The notes: generated by a model from the letters alone, not told the origin. Counted from the first letter of the stretch, positions 27,401-41,963 are shown. The stretch: 64,000 bases of DNA from Adineta vaga (GCA_021613535.1 CP075497.1:8122001-8186000); one strand, 5' to 3'. Made by a program: numbers and translations.

Positions 27401-30400
27401 CATATTCTTATACGTACATTAATATTATTCTCACAATCATTGCCGAATACATCATCAAGAGGACCAAGAATGAGTTCTTCGATGATTCGTGATTGTCCAA
27501 TTAATACTGGTAAATATGTAATAAAATCTAGAATACATTGCATTGGATTAATCTGATCATTTTGTACTTTTTCCAATGTTCGCAAAAAACGAAACCAAGT
27601 TCCCATAGATGTTCGATAGACATTAAATGAAAATCGAGTAATTAAACCTTCTTGAAAAATCAATGCACATAAATGTCCAACAGCTGATCGAATATGTAGT
27701 GCATGTAATTCACGCTCAAATGTATCAAGTGTCGTATAATTAGGTATTCGATACAATTCACCTGTTGATGTCTCCAATAAATGAAGATCTTTAAATGTAT
27801 TTTGATGCTTATGAATAAATGATTTGAAAGTTCCATGTTTTGGTTGAAAGCAGTATAACCATTGAAACCATGTAGGAATATCAATCATGGAAGGACAATG
27901 AAGTATTAATTGACATAATTGAAGTTCATTAACATTGAACGATGTTGGACAAACATTCAAATGATTCAAACCATTTACATCTAACACAGATTCTTCGAAA
28001 CTAAATATTAAGAAGTTGATAATTTCTAAACTATGATCGATCATCGAAAGCAATGCTTACCGAATAATGGATTGTTTATTCTTATGATATTGCTGTTTAG
28101 CTTTTCGTATCATTTGACTTCCTTGATGATCATGATGAAATTCAGGAAACTTATGTTTAATTGCTTTCTCAACAGCAGATATATTCTCTGTATTTAGATG
28201 AAGTTGATCAGCACGAACATCACCATGAATCAATACATTAGATTGTTGTTCCTCGTTGAGATTTACATCATTATTATTAATTGCACTTAGTTGTTGAATA
28301 AACGAATATAATTCTTCTCGATTATTGATTGATGAAATATGTTCGTATACAGATAGTTCTTTCCGCGGATCAATCGTATGACGATATTTATCCAAAAATG
28401 AAATGAAATCTAGTGGATTATCACATTATCGTTCTCATCGTAATTAAGTGCAGAAAAATGTTGAACACCATGTTGAGTACAAAGACGTTGTTCGATTTTA
28501 AGAAGTTGCTTTATAGTAAGTACAGTATCGTAGCGAACAAGAAACGTATAGATGTCAGAACAAAGTTGAGCAAGACTAACCGTTGGTTTTGATTTTTTCT
28601 GATGAGATGTGAATAATGAACAAGCGAAAGATGTATTGACTGGAATACTCGAAGCTGTATCTATTGTTGTCTAAAATGAATCAATATAATTATAATTAAA
28701 TAGTTAGAACTATAAAAATAGGACATCTTTTGTTTCATGTAGTTTTTCTCATATGAATAAAGATGTAAAAGCTTACATGTTGATCATTTGGTTCGATTTC
28801 AGATGATTGTGATGCTAATTTTTGTTGTTGTTGTTGAAGCATAGCTTCCATCTTCTTGCGCTCTTTTTTACTCATTTTTTTGTTTGACAAAGGTAGTTGT
28901 TCCATTAGCGTTATTGTTTGAGGATGTACAATTCCATCTTGATATCCATAGAGTTTTTTAAGTTCTGGAATGAATGTTTCAGGTTTATCGAGTGTACCTA
29001 AATAAATGCTCACATTGAATAAACAACGTATTAATTCATTATCACGAAGTTGAGTTAATGCTTTACGGACTGCAGGTTGTTGAGGAATGAAATCTAAATA
29101 ATTGTGCACAATCGATATTAAATAGTTGAACAGAGCAGTTGGCGTGTTTTTCTTATTGAATGCTGATAATTCGAGTTCATCGCGCATCTTATCTCTAAGT
29201 TCAGTCAAATGAACACGAATATCTTCGATAAGTACCTGCTGTACTTGTTCCTGTGCTTGTCTTATATGCCAATCGTGATCACGTCGAACACTACTGATAA
29301 CCTGTAATATATTTAAGAAATTATTATACTTAAATAGTGTATAAAAGAATAACATTAGAACTTGATTACCTGTAATAAGAATGGAAATGATTTGCAATAA
29401 ATACCTAATTCTTCACGTGATTGAAGTTGATATTTTTTAACAAGTTGATCGAGAAAATCATCGAATGGTGTTGGTCGTTTATGTCGATTTTCCTTTAGGA
29501 AATCCATAAATCTCTGAATGACTTGACCAGTCGTTATTTTTGGAACCGGTTCATTTGAATTTGTTGGATGATACGCAAATATTCGCTGTACATCGGGATT
29601 CTTATTCAAAGGACCTAGTCGAAGATCTGCATATGATTCTACTTTTAAGAATCGAGCAAGAAGTACATCGAGATCATTCAATGTACATAGATTAAAAATT
29701 TGTTCGAAAATATTCATATAAAAAGTGACATCCTTTTGTCGATCAGTTAAATTAATAAAAGCATTGAATCTTGATGCTTGAACTCCTAACTTATGCCACG
29801 AGTCGACATGATAGAAATTGAATAATTCTCGTTGAACTCGTTCACGTGAAACAAATTCTTTACTCTCATGAATGGTTAAAATAATCTCACATAACTTTTT
29901 ATTGATTTGATCTTCATAGGATGTTAATGGTCGTGTTATCTGTTGCGTTGACATTGTTCTATAACAATAGAAAAAATACGTTATCGTCTAATCTTTCGAC
30001 TTAAGATAAGATCGAATTAGATTCAAATTTATTTACCTGTTGTTATAGTGGATTGTGGATAGCTTGCTGTTCTGAATGAAGGTTGTAGTTGTCATTTGTT
30101 GCAATACTGAATTGGGAAATGATTTATTTGAGAAAATTCGATTTGCTATGGGCTTTGACAACACTTTATGTTTTTTCCCAGTAGTACTCTGTGGTGCTGG
30201 TGAATTCAATGCCATTGAGGGTGTGGGTGTGGGATTTTCTATATCACTAGGAAATTGTGTACTACTCTCTAAACAACTAATTAATCTCTAATTTCAATTA
30301 CAAGCATGAAAATAGATATTACTCTGGGTAAAAGATTGTTGCTCTGGTACAGTTGATACTGTCGAATGTTCCTAAAGAAAAATTGACTATCATATTAGAT

Positions 30401-30614
30401 GAAAGACGTATGAGACGATATATACTCTAGTTGAAGATGACACAGACGTCGCACTTTGAATCGATGGAAAATCTACTTCATAGGGAAAAGATTGGGTCGT
30501 TGTAGGCAACTGAACATTCGTTGCGGTTGCTTGGTTCTGTGTTTGTTTAGATGATCGTCTCATACGATATGATTTGGTATATGCTTGGTTACCGCTTGGA
30601 TTTGAGGCACTCAT
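21464..30614 (-). CDS. NO VEIN (NOV)/sacsin-like giant protein: GHKL-type ATPase + C-terminal DUF3883 PD-(D/E)xK-like domain; two apparent frameshifts
   Basis: HFVLELIQNADDN, NNEIGF, ICNVGASTK, GHKGIGFKSVF, TTCIRLPL, FAYLPLRSYGFRFILQADF..RQEI..DN.WN; C-terminal GRQGEEFVFNYL..GAPYDI..YIEVKTT..SISE..YFIYRVY; many GT-AG introns; frame breaks near 28424 and 25517. Confidence 0.85.
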
Positions 30615-31440
30615 AATGAGTAAAACTGATGATAGACGATGGTTATATTGTATAAAAAAAAGTAAAAAAACCCACAATAAACGTTTTTTCAATTATCTCT
30701 ATGACTCATCGTTATAGAAAAAAGGTTTTTGACGATGTCTAGCGTTCTTTTGCCTTGTCAAACCACAAAATAAGGCAACATTGCAATGCACCCTTTTTAT
30801 AACGACCAATAACAAATTTGTCTGGTTTGTGCGACACCCTCGTTTGTTTCGGTTCAAATAACTTTATGCTTTTTTTTAAATATAGGGTGAGTAGAGTACA
30901 TATAGTAAAAAAGGGTTTTCAGATCAATTATCAACTAGAAGTTCATAACAGTGTATATGAAAATCAATTGAGGTCAATAGGACACAATATTCACTTGATT
31001 AGAAACATCGTATCAAACAGACTTTGAAAAAGAAATTAAAGTTCTGATAAAAATACAATATCTCTATTCAAATGGTCATTTTTGATTTTATGCATCGGTT
31101 GAAGCCAGTGTGACAGACTGGAATTAATCATAATTATATGACGTCTAGTATATATTCTTTGTTTTCTGGTGATTTTATATAAGAATTGTACATTCATTAT
31201 TTAAGTAAATCTCTTTCTGCTTTATTTCATTTCCTCTATAAAAGTCTGTTTAATATAAATCACGTACATTGTTCGTCAGTAACAGTGTACGTCGTTACTT
31301 CAACTAGATTATCTGCTTAAAAGAAGCAAAATACTTTTGTATACAACTTGGAACAGAATCTTTTATTATCGGTAATTTATTAGAAAGCACCGTTATTACG
31401 ATACACAATTTTGGTGTTTGTTCAATCTAAATAATAAATA

Positions 31441-34240
31441 TTATCTATGTACATGACCATGACATCGACAAGATGAACTTGGTAGAAAAAGTGTTTCGTT
31501 ATTACAATAACGTAGAACATTATTATCTGCAGTGATTGATGCTTGTTCTTGTTGATTAGAAAGAAGACATTGTTGTAAATGTTGTAATTCGGATGGACAT
31601 GAATGTGATGTACAATCACGACTATTATGTGTCGTTTCCGTTGGATAGAGAAAACGATTAGCCCACAGAAGAATTGCAGCACATTGATGTTGTTGAGATG
31701 TTGGCGTTGAATAACCTGTTGTAGTTGTAACATTGGTAGCATATTGATATTCATGTGAATTCGTTGTTGGTATAGGTAATAAACGACCTGTTGGATGACA
31801 ACAGAAATGATGTCGAAGAGTTGGTGGATGTGGTGGTATAGCTGGTGCATTGGATATATTGAACTTTTTCTCATTGTAAAGAAAAGGTTGATCACTATCG
31901 GAGGATAGTGATGGTAATTGCTCATAGAGACTATCATTGATACCTATATTTCCATGATTTTCAGTTGTTTTAATAGATGGTTGATGTAATCCTGTTGGAT
32001 GATGATGATAATAATAATATTGATGAGAACGTTGACGATGAAGTTCAGCAGTTAAATGACGACGAAGACGACGGCGACAAATAGATAATGTGATCAATAA
32101 AATTAGAAAGAGTAGAACAAATAGAAGAAGAAAGAAAACAATAATAATTAGTGTTTGATTATGTTCCATGAATGGTATATGTCGAGTAATAGTCGAATAT
32201 GTCGATGGAATAAATGTTGTATGTCCTTGTCGATAGATAGGTGAGACTGTAAGAGATTTAGTATGAGAATATCGTGTTGAACGATGAGTAGTCGAAGACA
32301 TAAATACAGTGAGAAGTTTACTAGTTGATGTAATTACTAGAAAAATTCATGAATTGTTAATCAAGAAGAAAAACACATAATGAACTTTTGAACAAACCTG
32401 TTGATTGTTTTTGAATTCGTGTAAGACGAACAATATCTTCATCATTATTAGACATAATCATCCATCCATTACTAATTTGTTGTTCTTTATTGATTTGATC
32501 TTTTGAAAGAATAATATATTGTAAATGTTTTAAACATTGAAATAATTCATCAATAAATGGAAGTATTGTTATCAAATCTTGATTATAACTAAGATTTAGT
32601 TCACGTAAATTACTAGCTGAACAAAATGTTTCATTCGTTAATTGTCGTAAATGATTTTTGGCTAAACTAAGTTTAATCAAGGAAGTTTTACCAATGAATA
32701 CATAAGGTTTGATTTGTTCAATGTTATTTCCTTCATAATCGAGTTCAGTGGTTGTTTGAGGTAAAAGTATATGTATATCGGAAAGATTTGTTCGTGGACA
32801 TTTAACTAAATGACGTGACCATTGAGCATCATGTGAACATGAACAATCCGAAGGACAAACAAAATGGCAATCGCATGCTTCAAAATCACAACATGAACAA
32901 TCGGATGCACAATGACGCGAATATGAACAAAGTAAATCGTTACGAGATATATTCATAATCGATTGCGAATGGCATTGAAGTAAATGTAAATCATTAATAA
33001 ATATCGATGATGGCGATGAATCAAGTATTGCACCAAGCCAACAATCACATTTTAATGGATTATTCGATAAGAAAAGTTGAAGAGTATGATTATTGCTTAC
33101 CTAGAACGATTTTTTATTTTATTAATTAAATTAAGAAAATTTCTTTCTCTCATGCATTCGTTTATATATCATGGCTAACTCACAGTGATTACTGTCTAGA
33201 AAGAAACTCTATGTATACCCTGAGGACATCTGAACTTCCTGAATGCAAATGTATTTAATATATTTTCATATAGAATTACATCATTTGATAGTACTTAGAT
33301 AGAAAGAAATCAGCATGTTCGAATTCCTAACTTTGATATGAAGAAGTCAAGTAAAAATAAGATGACTTACTTGATTATTATTATTATGATCATCAGTATA
33401 TATTGATGTTTGATTGAGTGTTGACGTGATTATGAATTTATTTTGAAGAAATTCAAGTGATTGTATTTGATTATATCTTAGATCAAGTGTATGTAATTGT
33501 TGATGTAACCATCGATTTTCGATAGACGTCAAACGATTGTTTGATACATTCAAATATTGAAGTTGAATATTTTCATCAATAATTAAAGGTAAAGTTTCCA
33601 GTTGATTGTTTGCTAATGATAAATGAGTTAATTTTGTCAATGAAATCAATAACGGTAAGATTGACGATTGTAATATGTCACAATCGGTTAAATCCAGATA
33701 AGTTAAATGAGGCGGTAAAGATGACAGTTGAATTTTCTTATTATGTTGAAGACTAAGACCGATAAGATTTTGTTGAACACGATAATTACCGAAATTAATA
33801 TCAATTAAATTCGGATTATTATCAAGATAAATATATTTCAAATTTGATGGTAATGGAAATGATAGGAGAAATGTTGATAATGAATTTGAACTTAAATCAA
33901 GTTTTTCTACTGATGATGGTAATGAAAAAGGTAATTGACCAAGTGTTGACAATTGACATGAATTTAGTCGAAATGTTTGCATTGTATAGTTTGATGATAA
34001 TGATGGTGGCGGTAAACTTGTAATTGTCAATGTATGTGCAATACAAACTTGCTTTTCTTGTTGATGATGATTTTGATATTCAACTGTAATTGTACACTGT
34101 TCATAAGTTTGATCATTTAGAAAAGGAAGATATTTGCTATTGTTTGTATCAAGAGAAGTTTTATACATTGTACAAGTCCATTCGAATGATACACTATGAT
34201 CAATCAAAAGTAAGATGAATAGAATAAGTTTGACTCTCAT
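31441..34240 (-). CDS. Toll-type LRR single-pass receptor without TIR domain
   Basis: Signal peptide, LRRs, LRRCT NNPLKCDCWL, second cysteine cluster CSCCDFEACDCHFVCPSDCSCSHDAQWS..VKC, further LRRs, TM TLIIIVFFLLLFVLLFLILLITLSIC, low-complexity tail; three in-frame exons. Confidence 0.8.
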
Positions 34241-37200
34241 TTTCTGATTATTATTGTTATTATGATCTAAAAAAGAGAATAGTAATCAATTTTCTATGAG
34301 ACGGAAGTTATGCTTACATATCATTCATATAAAGAATGAAATGAGAAGGAAAAAAAGGTTGGCAATACTTATTAAAAGTCTTTATATGTATTTGAACAAT
34401 GCAATTGCTCTCTACTCGTTTCTAACAGAGTAATTACACGCACTGCATGCTTGCACGTCGTCCTCATGCATACATATATGTATATACATACATACAATAG
34501 CAAGATAGATTAATTCAAATAGCCTTACGCAATAGCAGGAACGATGATGGTAGTGATAATAATAGTGATGAAAACATTTTTATTAATATGGCCTGAGTAG
34601 TGCTGTTGTTGTTTGTAGTAATGCTACGTCGTCAATTAGAAGTGCCGGAAGAAAGCACCTTGTCGATGGTGTTTGATTGCATCATACATCAAACATATAA
34701 ACGTATATATTATAAAAAAAGCCGATAATACTAATCGATGGTAAAAGAGAAAGAGAGTAAGCCACGAAGAAAGCTCCAAATGACCTTGATTAACATCGTT
34801 TTGTTCGCTTCGTTTCTCTCTCTCTCTATTCTCTTCTCTTCTCTTCTCTTATCTCTGCAATCCAACCAACATTGACGATGTATGTCGGTTGTTCAAAGAT
34901 TTATCGTATCCTATCTATATCCATCAATTCTAATACTAATAATAGTTAGTGAATCTAATTTAGAAAGATCTGAAATTTTCTTTTTTTCTGTTATTCTAAT
35001 ATAATATAAATGATGCTTATGATTGTATTTGTATGTAAACGAATGGCATTTTATGAGGAAACCTATGATTAAAGAAGCAAACTTGATGTCTGTGAATGCA
35101 TATGTCTATGCGTACATATATTTATACATATATATATGTCGATGATCAACATATAGCCATCAAAACCTAATCATCACATCGAGCAGAGGGCAAACACAAC
35201 AATACACGTTATAGAGTAAATGAGTAAATGGGGAAATGAAGTGCAAAGACAATGATTCCCTATTGAATAGCACTTTTTATCTGAAAGAAGAGAAAATTGA
35301 AAGAAAACGTGTGTATTATTTGTATGTGTCTTCATGGCTCAATTTCAGATGAGAGCGTGAACCGTAACGGCAATTGTCTTGATGATTAATCTCAAGAGAG
35401 CTGTTCATTTGTTTGAAGTCGTATCATTATTAGATTGTGCTTTTTGACATATACTATACTCTTCTTTTTTTCTCTCTCTATTCGAATGACCATTAAGATC
35501 CCAATTGTTCTTCGAAGAAAAGACGATGACGACTTCCGTCTTCACCATCTGCTTGACCTCACTCTCTCCTCATAGTGATACACTGTATAAATGTCGATGA
35601 CTTACCCTTCTCTTGCTTACTCTGTTTCTCGTGCAGACGATGCCATTAAATGACTATTCACTGACACTTTTTATGTGAAGGGCTCGTCCACAACAATTGA
35701 GAGAAATAAATTAAATTTAAACATTTCAATTGTAAGTGAACGAAGCGAATGGCAACTGTGCTTAGTCTTTGTAGGGCTACATATATAATCGACATGCGTC
35801 AATGTATAAACAAACGCTGTGTGACACCCTAGATCTGTTCAAAGAAGAAAAGAGAAAAGGGACAATAGACAATGTATACCAATTCGTTCTGGACTTTCGC
35901 GTGACAACAGCTGGGCCTGCATATGTTCGGACAAACGACGCTTTAATGACTCAATTGACACTATGTATTGATCTGAATGACAGAAAACATGGCCATAAAT
36001 ACCCTAGGGTGTATCCTATTCTGGTTTTGACTGACATGAACAAAACGAATTTATGTTCTGTATTGAATCAATAAGATATATTTTCCTATCGTAATACTAA
36101 TAGGAACAAAAAATAACCTTGTCAAAAGAAATTTTTCAATGAGGAAATAAAAAATGAAGGGTATGATTGACAGTTTATCGTATGCGCAAAGAAAAAGACC
36201 GATTTTTACATTCAAGAACAACTGATTGTTCTATGATCAGTTTCAATCGATCGATTGCATTCGTATACATGTATAAGCAATGATGTGCATCTAACTACTG
36301 ATATATATATATATATATATATTCATAGAATAATCGCACCTCCTTTTCTCTTCTTCTTCTTCTACTATTACTGGCCATTGCACACGCTCATATCATTGAT
36401 ATTAACTGTAAATTATACATAATTCAAGGAAAGAGAAGAAAAGAGATCATTTTAAATTAGTTGAACATATCATCATCTACAAATCTAACGAACAATATCC
36501 ACATATGCGTAAATGGATCAAGAGACTATCAGTCTACTCACCTGTTCAATCCTTGTTTCTGACAGCAGTCAGTCAAATATATAGAATGATGATCAAATGC
36601 AAACTGACCTCTTTCGTTCGTTAGTAATTCGATCCACTGTATAAAAAAAAGAGAGAAAACGAAATGAACAAAAAGTAACAATACATAGTTATACATGTAT
36701 ATCTAATGATTATTATAATACCTCGCGTTTGTCTTCGTCTTTTATACTTCGATACTGATAGGATTGTGTTAGAAACAAAAGATGGAATAAAAACAGACAA
36801 AATCGAAGAAAGAAAGAGAAAGAGAGAGAAAAAAATCATGTGTCCAAGAACGATGGACAAACAGACTTACTTTATAGTCACATCATCAAATCAATCGAGC
36901 AAGAAAGATTGCATGCACGTTCATTATTAAAATGTAAATACGTCCACATCATACATACGCTTGCTTTATAATGTATGTATATTCGTATTATTACTGTGTC
37001 GTCGTAGAATGACTGACACACAAAGGAAGATGATTTTTTAACATGGTCTTTTTCTCCTCCTTCTTCCGTTCAGTCATCGTCTCTTTCCTCCCTCGGTCTC
37101 CCCCCCCTCTCTCTCTCTTTCTCACTCTTCGTCTCTCTGTCTTTTGCCTGCTGTTCAATCGTTATTAGGAGTGTGTCAATCATTGTCGTTCGAGTGCCAA

Positions 37201-40200
37201 ATAAACGCACATAGATGCACGTATATTTTCTCTCTTCTCAAATATCTGAAGGGTGCATGTGACAGTAACATTAGCTTACGTATTTGGAGTCCACTATCGT
37301 AGTGATGATACATAGCGTGCTGTTAGATCATTAAAAGTTTGTGGTCAATTGGATTCTATCTAATCGACGCGACATCGCATGCCGTGTCCACAAAGATGGA
37401 TTAATTTCAAAATTCATTCCTAATGAGAAAAGACCAATGATGAGCTTTTCCTACTTTACATATACCTTTAAAGTGGCATGCAGCTGTCAATATTCACAGA
37501 CATATACATCTATAGACATGAAATAGTTTCTTTTGAACTTGAAATTTTCTTTTTCTCAAAATGTAGCGTTAGATCTAAAGAGTGTTTCTATTCAAATGAA
37601 AGCATACAACTATTGGTCATCTTAAGAAGAAAAATCTATCGAGAGAAAGTGCACTTGTCCTACGAATGTTTATTCAGCTTGTAATTCATTTTTGGATGTA
37701 ACAACTTACTCAGCAGTACATGATTTCTTTTTCCCTTCGTCTTCAAACTTCAAGCGCTTTTGAAGTTTTCAGATCTATTACGTGTCAATAAATTCTTTTC
37801 ATCTTATATAAGACAAGAGAAAACAGATATTAACTGTCCTCAAAAAGAAAATCTGCTTTCTTTCTTTCTTTTTTTTTGTATAGATTTCTATTAGTATAAT
37901 TAATGAGATTGAATAGTCTGATTTCAGGTCATTTTTCATTCTGTTCAATTCTAGACCTTGTATTCAATCCGTAAATCAATATTATTCACACTTAACTCCT
38001 CTCTTGTTCAAGGCAAACTTTCAATCATAAACGATCAGTTTTAATGGTTTTATCATTACATTGATTGTGACGATATTCGATAAGTACGATGACTTTTTAA
38101 TCGATCTTTCTATACGTCAATGATGATCGCTATAATTATTTATAATACCGTTTGTTTCCCCATACACATATGTAATCATCTAACATTTAAGATATCCACA
38201 GCTTCTAGTATAAATGATGGCGGGTGGTAACTTATGATGATATATGCTCATGCTGTTCGCAGTGAAGCGTAGAATGCCTTAAGACGTATACCTTATCATG
38301 AATAAACCAGACAAAATGTCACTGAAAGAAAATGAGTAGACTTTCTCTTATGAATGCCGACGATAGTTTGTCTCCTGAACAATTTCATGTCTTTGACTAT
38401 GAGTTGTCTTTACATTAGTCAAGATGAACGAACAAACAGATGTGTATATATGTTCATACATTTTATACATATCTGTAGAGCACATGTGCGTATAGTCTGT
38501 TATATTTATTCAAACGGTATTTTTCTCATCTTCATAGATTTGAAATTCTTCAAAAAAAAATTACATTTACACTTCTTACCTTTTTCTTTCAATATAAACG
38601 CATCTGTTCATATACCCTGAAGATTACCATGATGGTCATACAATTTCAAAATTGAATTTCAACATTGCAACTGTATGAATAAAAAAAAGCGAAAAAAAGA
38701 TAAATGAGTCGTAGTTGTATATATGCGTACATCTCCATTCGATATATATATATATATATACATATTTATATAATATCTAATGTTTAGAAATACAGATCAT
38801 ATATAGAGATGAATATCCATTCGGATTGCAATGATCATGATGAACAATAGTTGCTGACAGTCAACGAGAAAGAGAACAATCACCATTCAAGGATCTATCA
38901 TTAACGATGTCATAGTGAAGATGAGTAATGGATAAAATAAAGGATAAGAATTGAACAGACGTTATATCCATCGGAATTGTATATGCATGTTTGACTTCGA
39001 TAAATGAATGATTAAATCAAATGTTTGCAACTGACTGATATGAAACGATTAGTAAATTTTACCTTACAAATCATAAACGATAAGAATGGTAGGAAGTTTT
39101 CGTATTAAAAAGAAAAAACAGGTCACCTTGAAATGTGTAGTCAAATAAATAATCAAACGAAAAGTATAGACATCAATCTGATGAAAAGGAGTAAAAGAGA
39201 GTGAACTTATTAGAGCTCATATATTGATGATTTCAAACGATCAAATAACATTCATATCTTTGAAGATTTAAATAGTACAAATACCTTGAAATTTATCAAT
39301 GAGTTTCAATTATTTACTTTAGTTAAACATTTAGAAATCAATTATTGATTTACGAAAAAAAAAGATTTTATCACGAATATATACATATATATAATAGAGT
39401 TTTTTTTAATATTTAAGATATCGTACTGTATTTAGGTCGATCTTATGTAACAAAAAATCTGATCTTCTTTCTTTTACATCATTTGAATATAAGAAATTCA
39501 AGTCTTTAGAAGATGATAATCTCCAGAAGAAAAGATTGGATTAATTGAATTTAGATCAATATTATTCTATCTTTCGTATGAAATCAAACTTTCTTTCTGG
39601 ATCTAGTTGACGTTTAACGTTTTAACAATGAATCAAATATTGACATGCGATTCGATAACATGTCAAAAATAAACTATATAAGCGATAAATGATATTTGGA
39701 TAAAAAATGATGGTTGACTGAATGGATGATGATCATGATTAGACAACAAACATGATTGTGCAATATGACGTACATATACATGTTGGCTAGAGTATTGATA
39801 TAAAAATACGCCATTAGAATAATTAACTTCTAGTTTTTTTTTGTCCATCTTGAATTATTTATAATTTTGTTTTAATTTTGATAATGGATTTTAAGCAATT
39901 CAATTGATTAGAACATTGAGAATAGGTTTTCGATATAAAAATCAAATTGAACATCTATGATCAAATACGGATTATTTCAAAAATTAGCTTTTCACACGTT
40001 TTAAAGATCAGATTATCTTTATTAAAGATAATTATGAAAAAATTATCTTTGATTATCATACAATTTGACACTCATTAGCAAGACATTTGACATCTTTTCC
40101 TCGGATTTTCTTTTTTTTTAAATGTTTTGAAATATAAGTTTTATTTTGAGATAAAAACTGTTGTGAAAGATGGAAACATCAACACACACACTTCATAGAA

Positions 40201-40616
40201 TACAAGATAAATACCATGATGATTTCGACGGATACTGAACCTATAAGCATGCACACACACACACAGATATATATATATAACGAAATAAAAGATGAGTGAT
40301 TTGAAAGATAGTAGAAATGTGTATGTGCGTAATTTGAAGAAAAGATTGAACGAGGACATTTGCAAGAAAGAAAAACAAAACTAATTTTCTGACTAGTGAC
40401 ATCTACTCGTTAGTTATCTTTCATTTTGATAAGAAAAAAAACATCGAGGTTCAATTCGTAAAGATCTGAATACATGTACAGATATATAAAGACGTGTTTA
40501 GAGCTTGAATACATTGAATAAAGCGAAAAGAAGAAGAAGAATTTTGTTTTTGAAACCAATAGACGAATGAAAAAGGAAAATAATTGTTCGTTTTGTTTTT
40601 ATTTGGAAGGAATGAA

Positions 40617-41607
40617 TCACTTTTGCTCGTCATCAACATCTTGTACTTCATTGTTACCGTTCTCATTATCACCAGGCATGTCAGTTGTCCATAAAGTTAG
40701 ATTGTCTCGTAAAAGTTGCATGATTAATGTTGAATCTAAAACAATAACATTGATCAACAATCAGAAATTGAATCATTAATCAAACCTTTGTATGTATCTT
40801 CATTCAATGTTTCTAATTCCGCAATCGCATCATCAAATGCCTTTTAAAATAAATACGAGAAACGTTTTCTTGGTAAAAAAAAAAAAGAAGAAACAAATTA
40901 ACATACTTGTTTAGCTAATCGACAAGCTCGATCAGGTGTATTGAGAATTTCATAATAAAATACCGAAAAATTCAAAGCTAAACCAAGTCGAATAGGATGT
41001 GTTGGTGGTAATTCATTTTGTGCAATATCATTGGCTTTTGTATATGCAACAAGTGCATTTTCTGCTGCTTCTTTTCGATCTTCTTGAGTTGCAAATTCCG
41101 CTTTATAACGATGATAATCACCTTTCATTTTTAAATAGAATACTTTACTTTCACCTGATGTTGCATTTGGTAAAAGATGTTTATCAAGTAAATCAAGAAT
41201 GTCTTGACAAATATCACGTAGTTCTTTTTCAACCTAAATTTAATTATCATTTTATCAAGTACAAATACTTTTCATTAAGCATACCTGTGAGCGATATTTC
41301 TTTGTCATTGCTAATTTACTAGTTTCCGCTTTACTCTCTTCCTTACTTTCAATATTAGTTATAATTCGCCATGATGCTCGTCGTGCACCAATTAAATTTT
41401 TATATGCTACGGAAAGTAAATTTCGTTCCTCAACAGTTAATTCTTGATCCATTTTGCCAACTTTTTTCATTGAATCAACCATTTCTATCAATAGGAAATT
41501 TTTGAAATAGGTACCAATGAAAAACAACTTATCTGTTTACCTTCATAACGTTCAGCTTGTTCAGCTAATTTTGCTTGATAAACATCGTCATCACGTGTCG
41601 CAGGCAT
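40617..41607 (-). CDS. 14-3-3 protein (epsilon-like)
   Basis: [71 protein letters not shown]. Confidence 0.97.
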
Positions 41608-41963
41608 GATTATGAAAAGAATCGAATCGAAAGAGAATTGATCAGAAAAGGCAAATGTTAACTAGTAGACCGCAAATATGTTAAACAAAAGAACAGCGAC
41701 TGTTGACTAGGAACCATATTGTTTCGTTGAACAATTCACTCTTCATGAATTAAATAATGCGGAAGAGATGAAGAAAATTCAAAGAAGTTTTTCAATTGAA
41801 TTTAAAAACTTAAATGAGAAAGAATTTAAATTGAGAATTTTTGTTTTTTCTTATCAAAAAATTCTTAAACATGACATCTGCAGATGGCGGAACAATATGT
41901 ATCTATGAATTGATCATTCTTTTGACATATATTCGATTGTAAAAAACAAACAGTTCGCCTTTT

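Noticed and set aside
30219-30233. TGTGGG-type telomere-like repeat
   Set aside because: Two copies only; it is the reverse complement of the PTPTP codons in a NOV exon
34300-40500. Many 60-90 aa ORFs, including 35802-36074 in a slightly GC-richer patch with an ACCCTAGGGT palindrome
   Set aside because: F/L/I/K-biased translations typical of AT-rich non-coding DNA; no domain, terminal repeats or splice support
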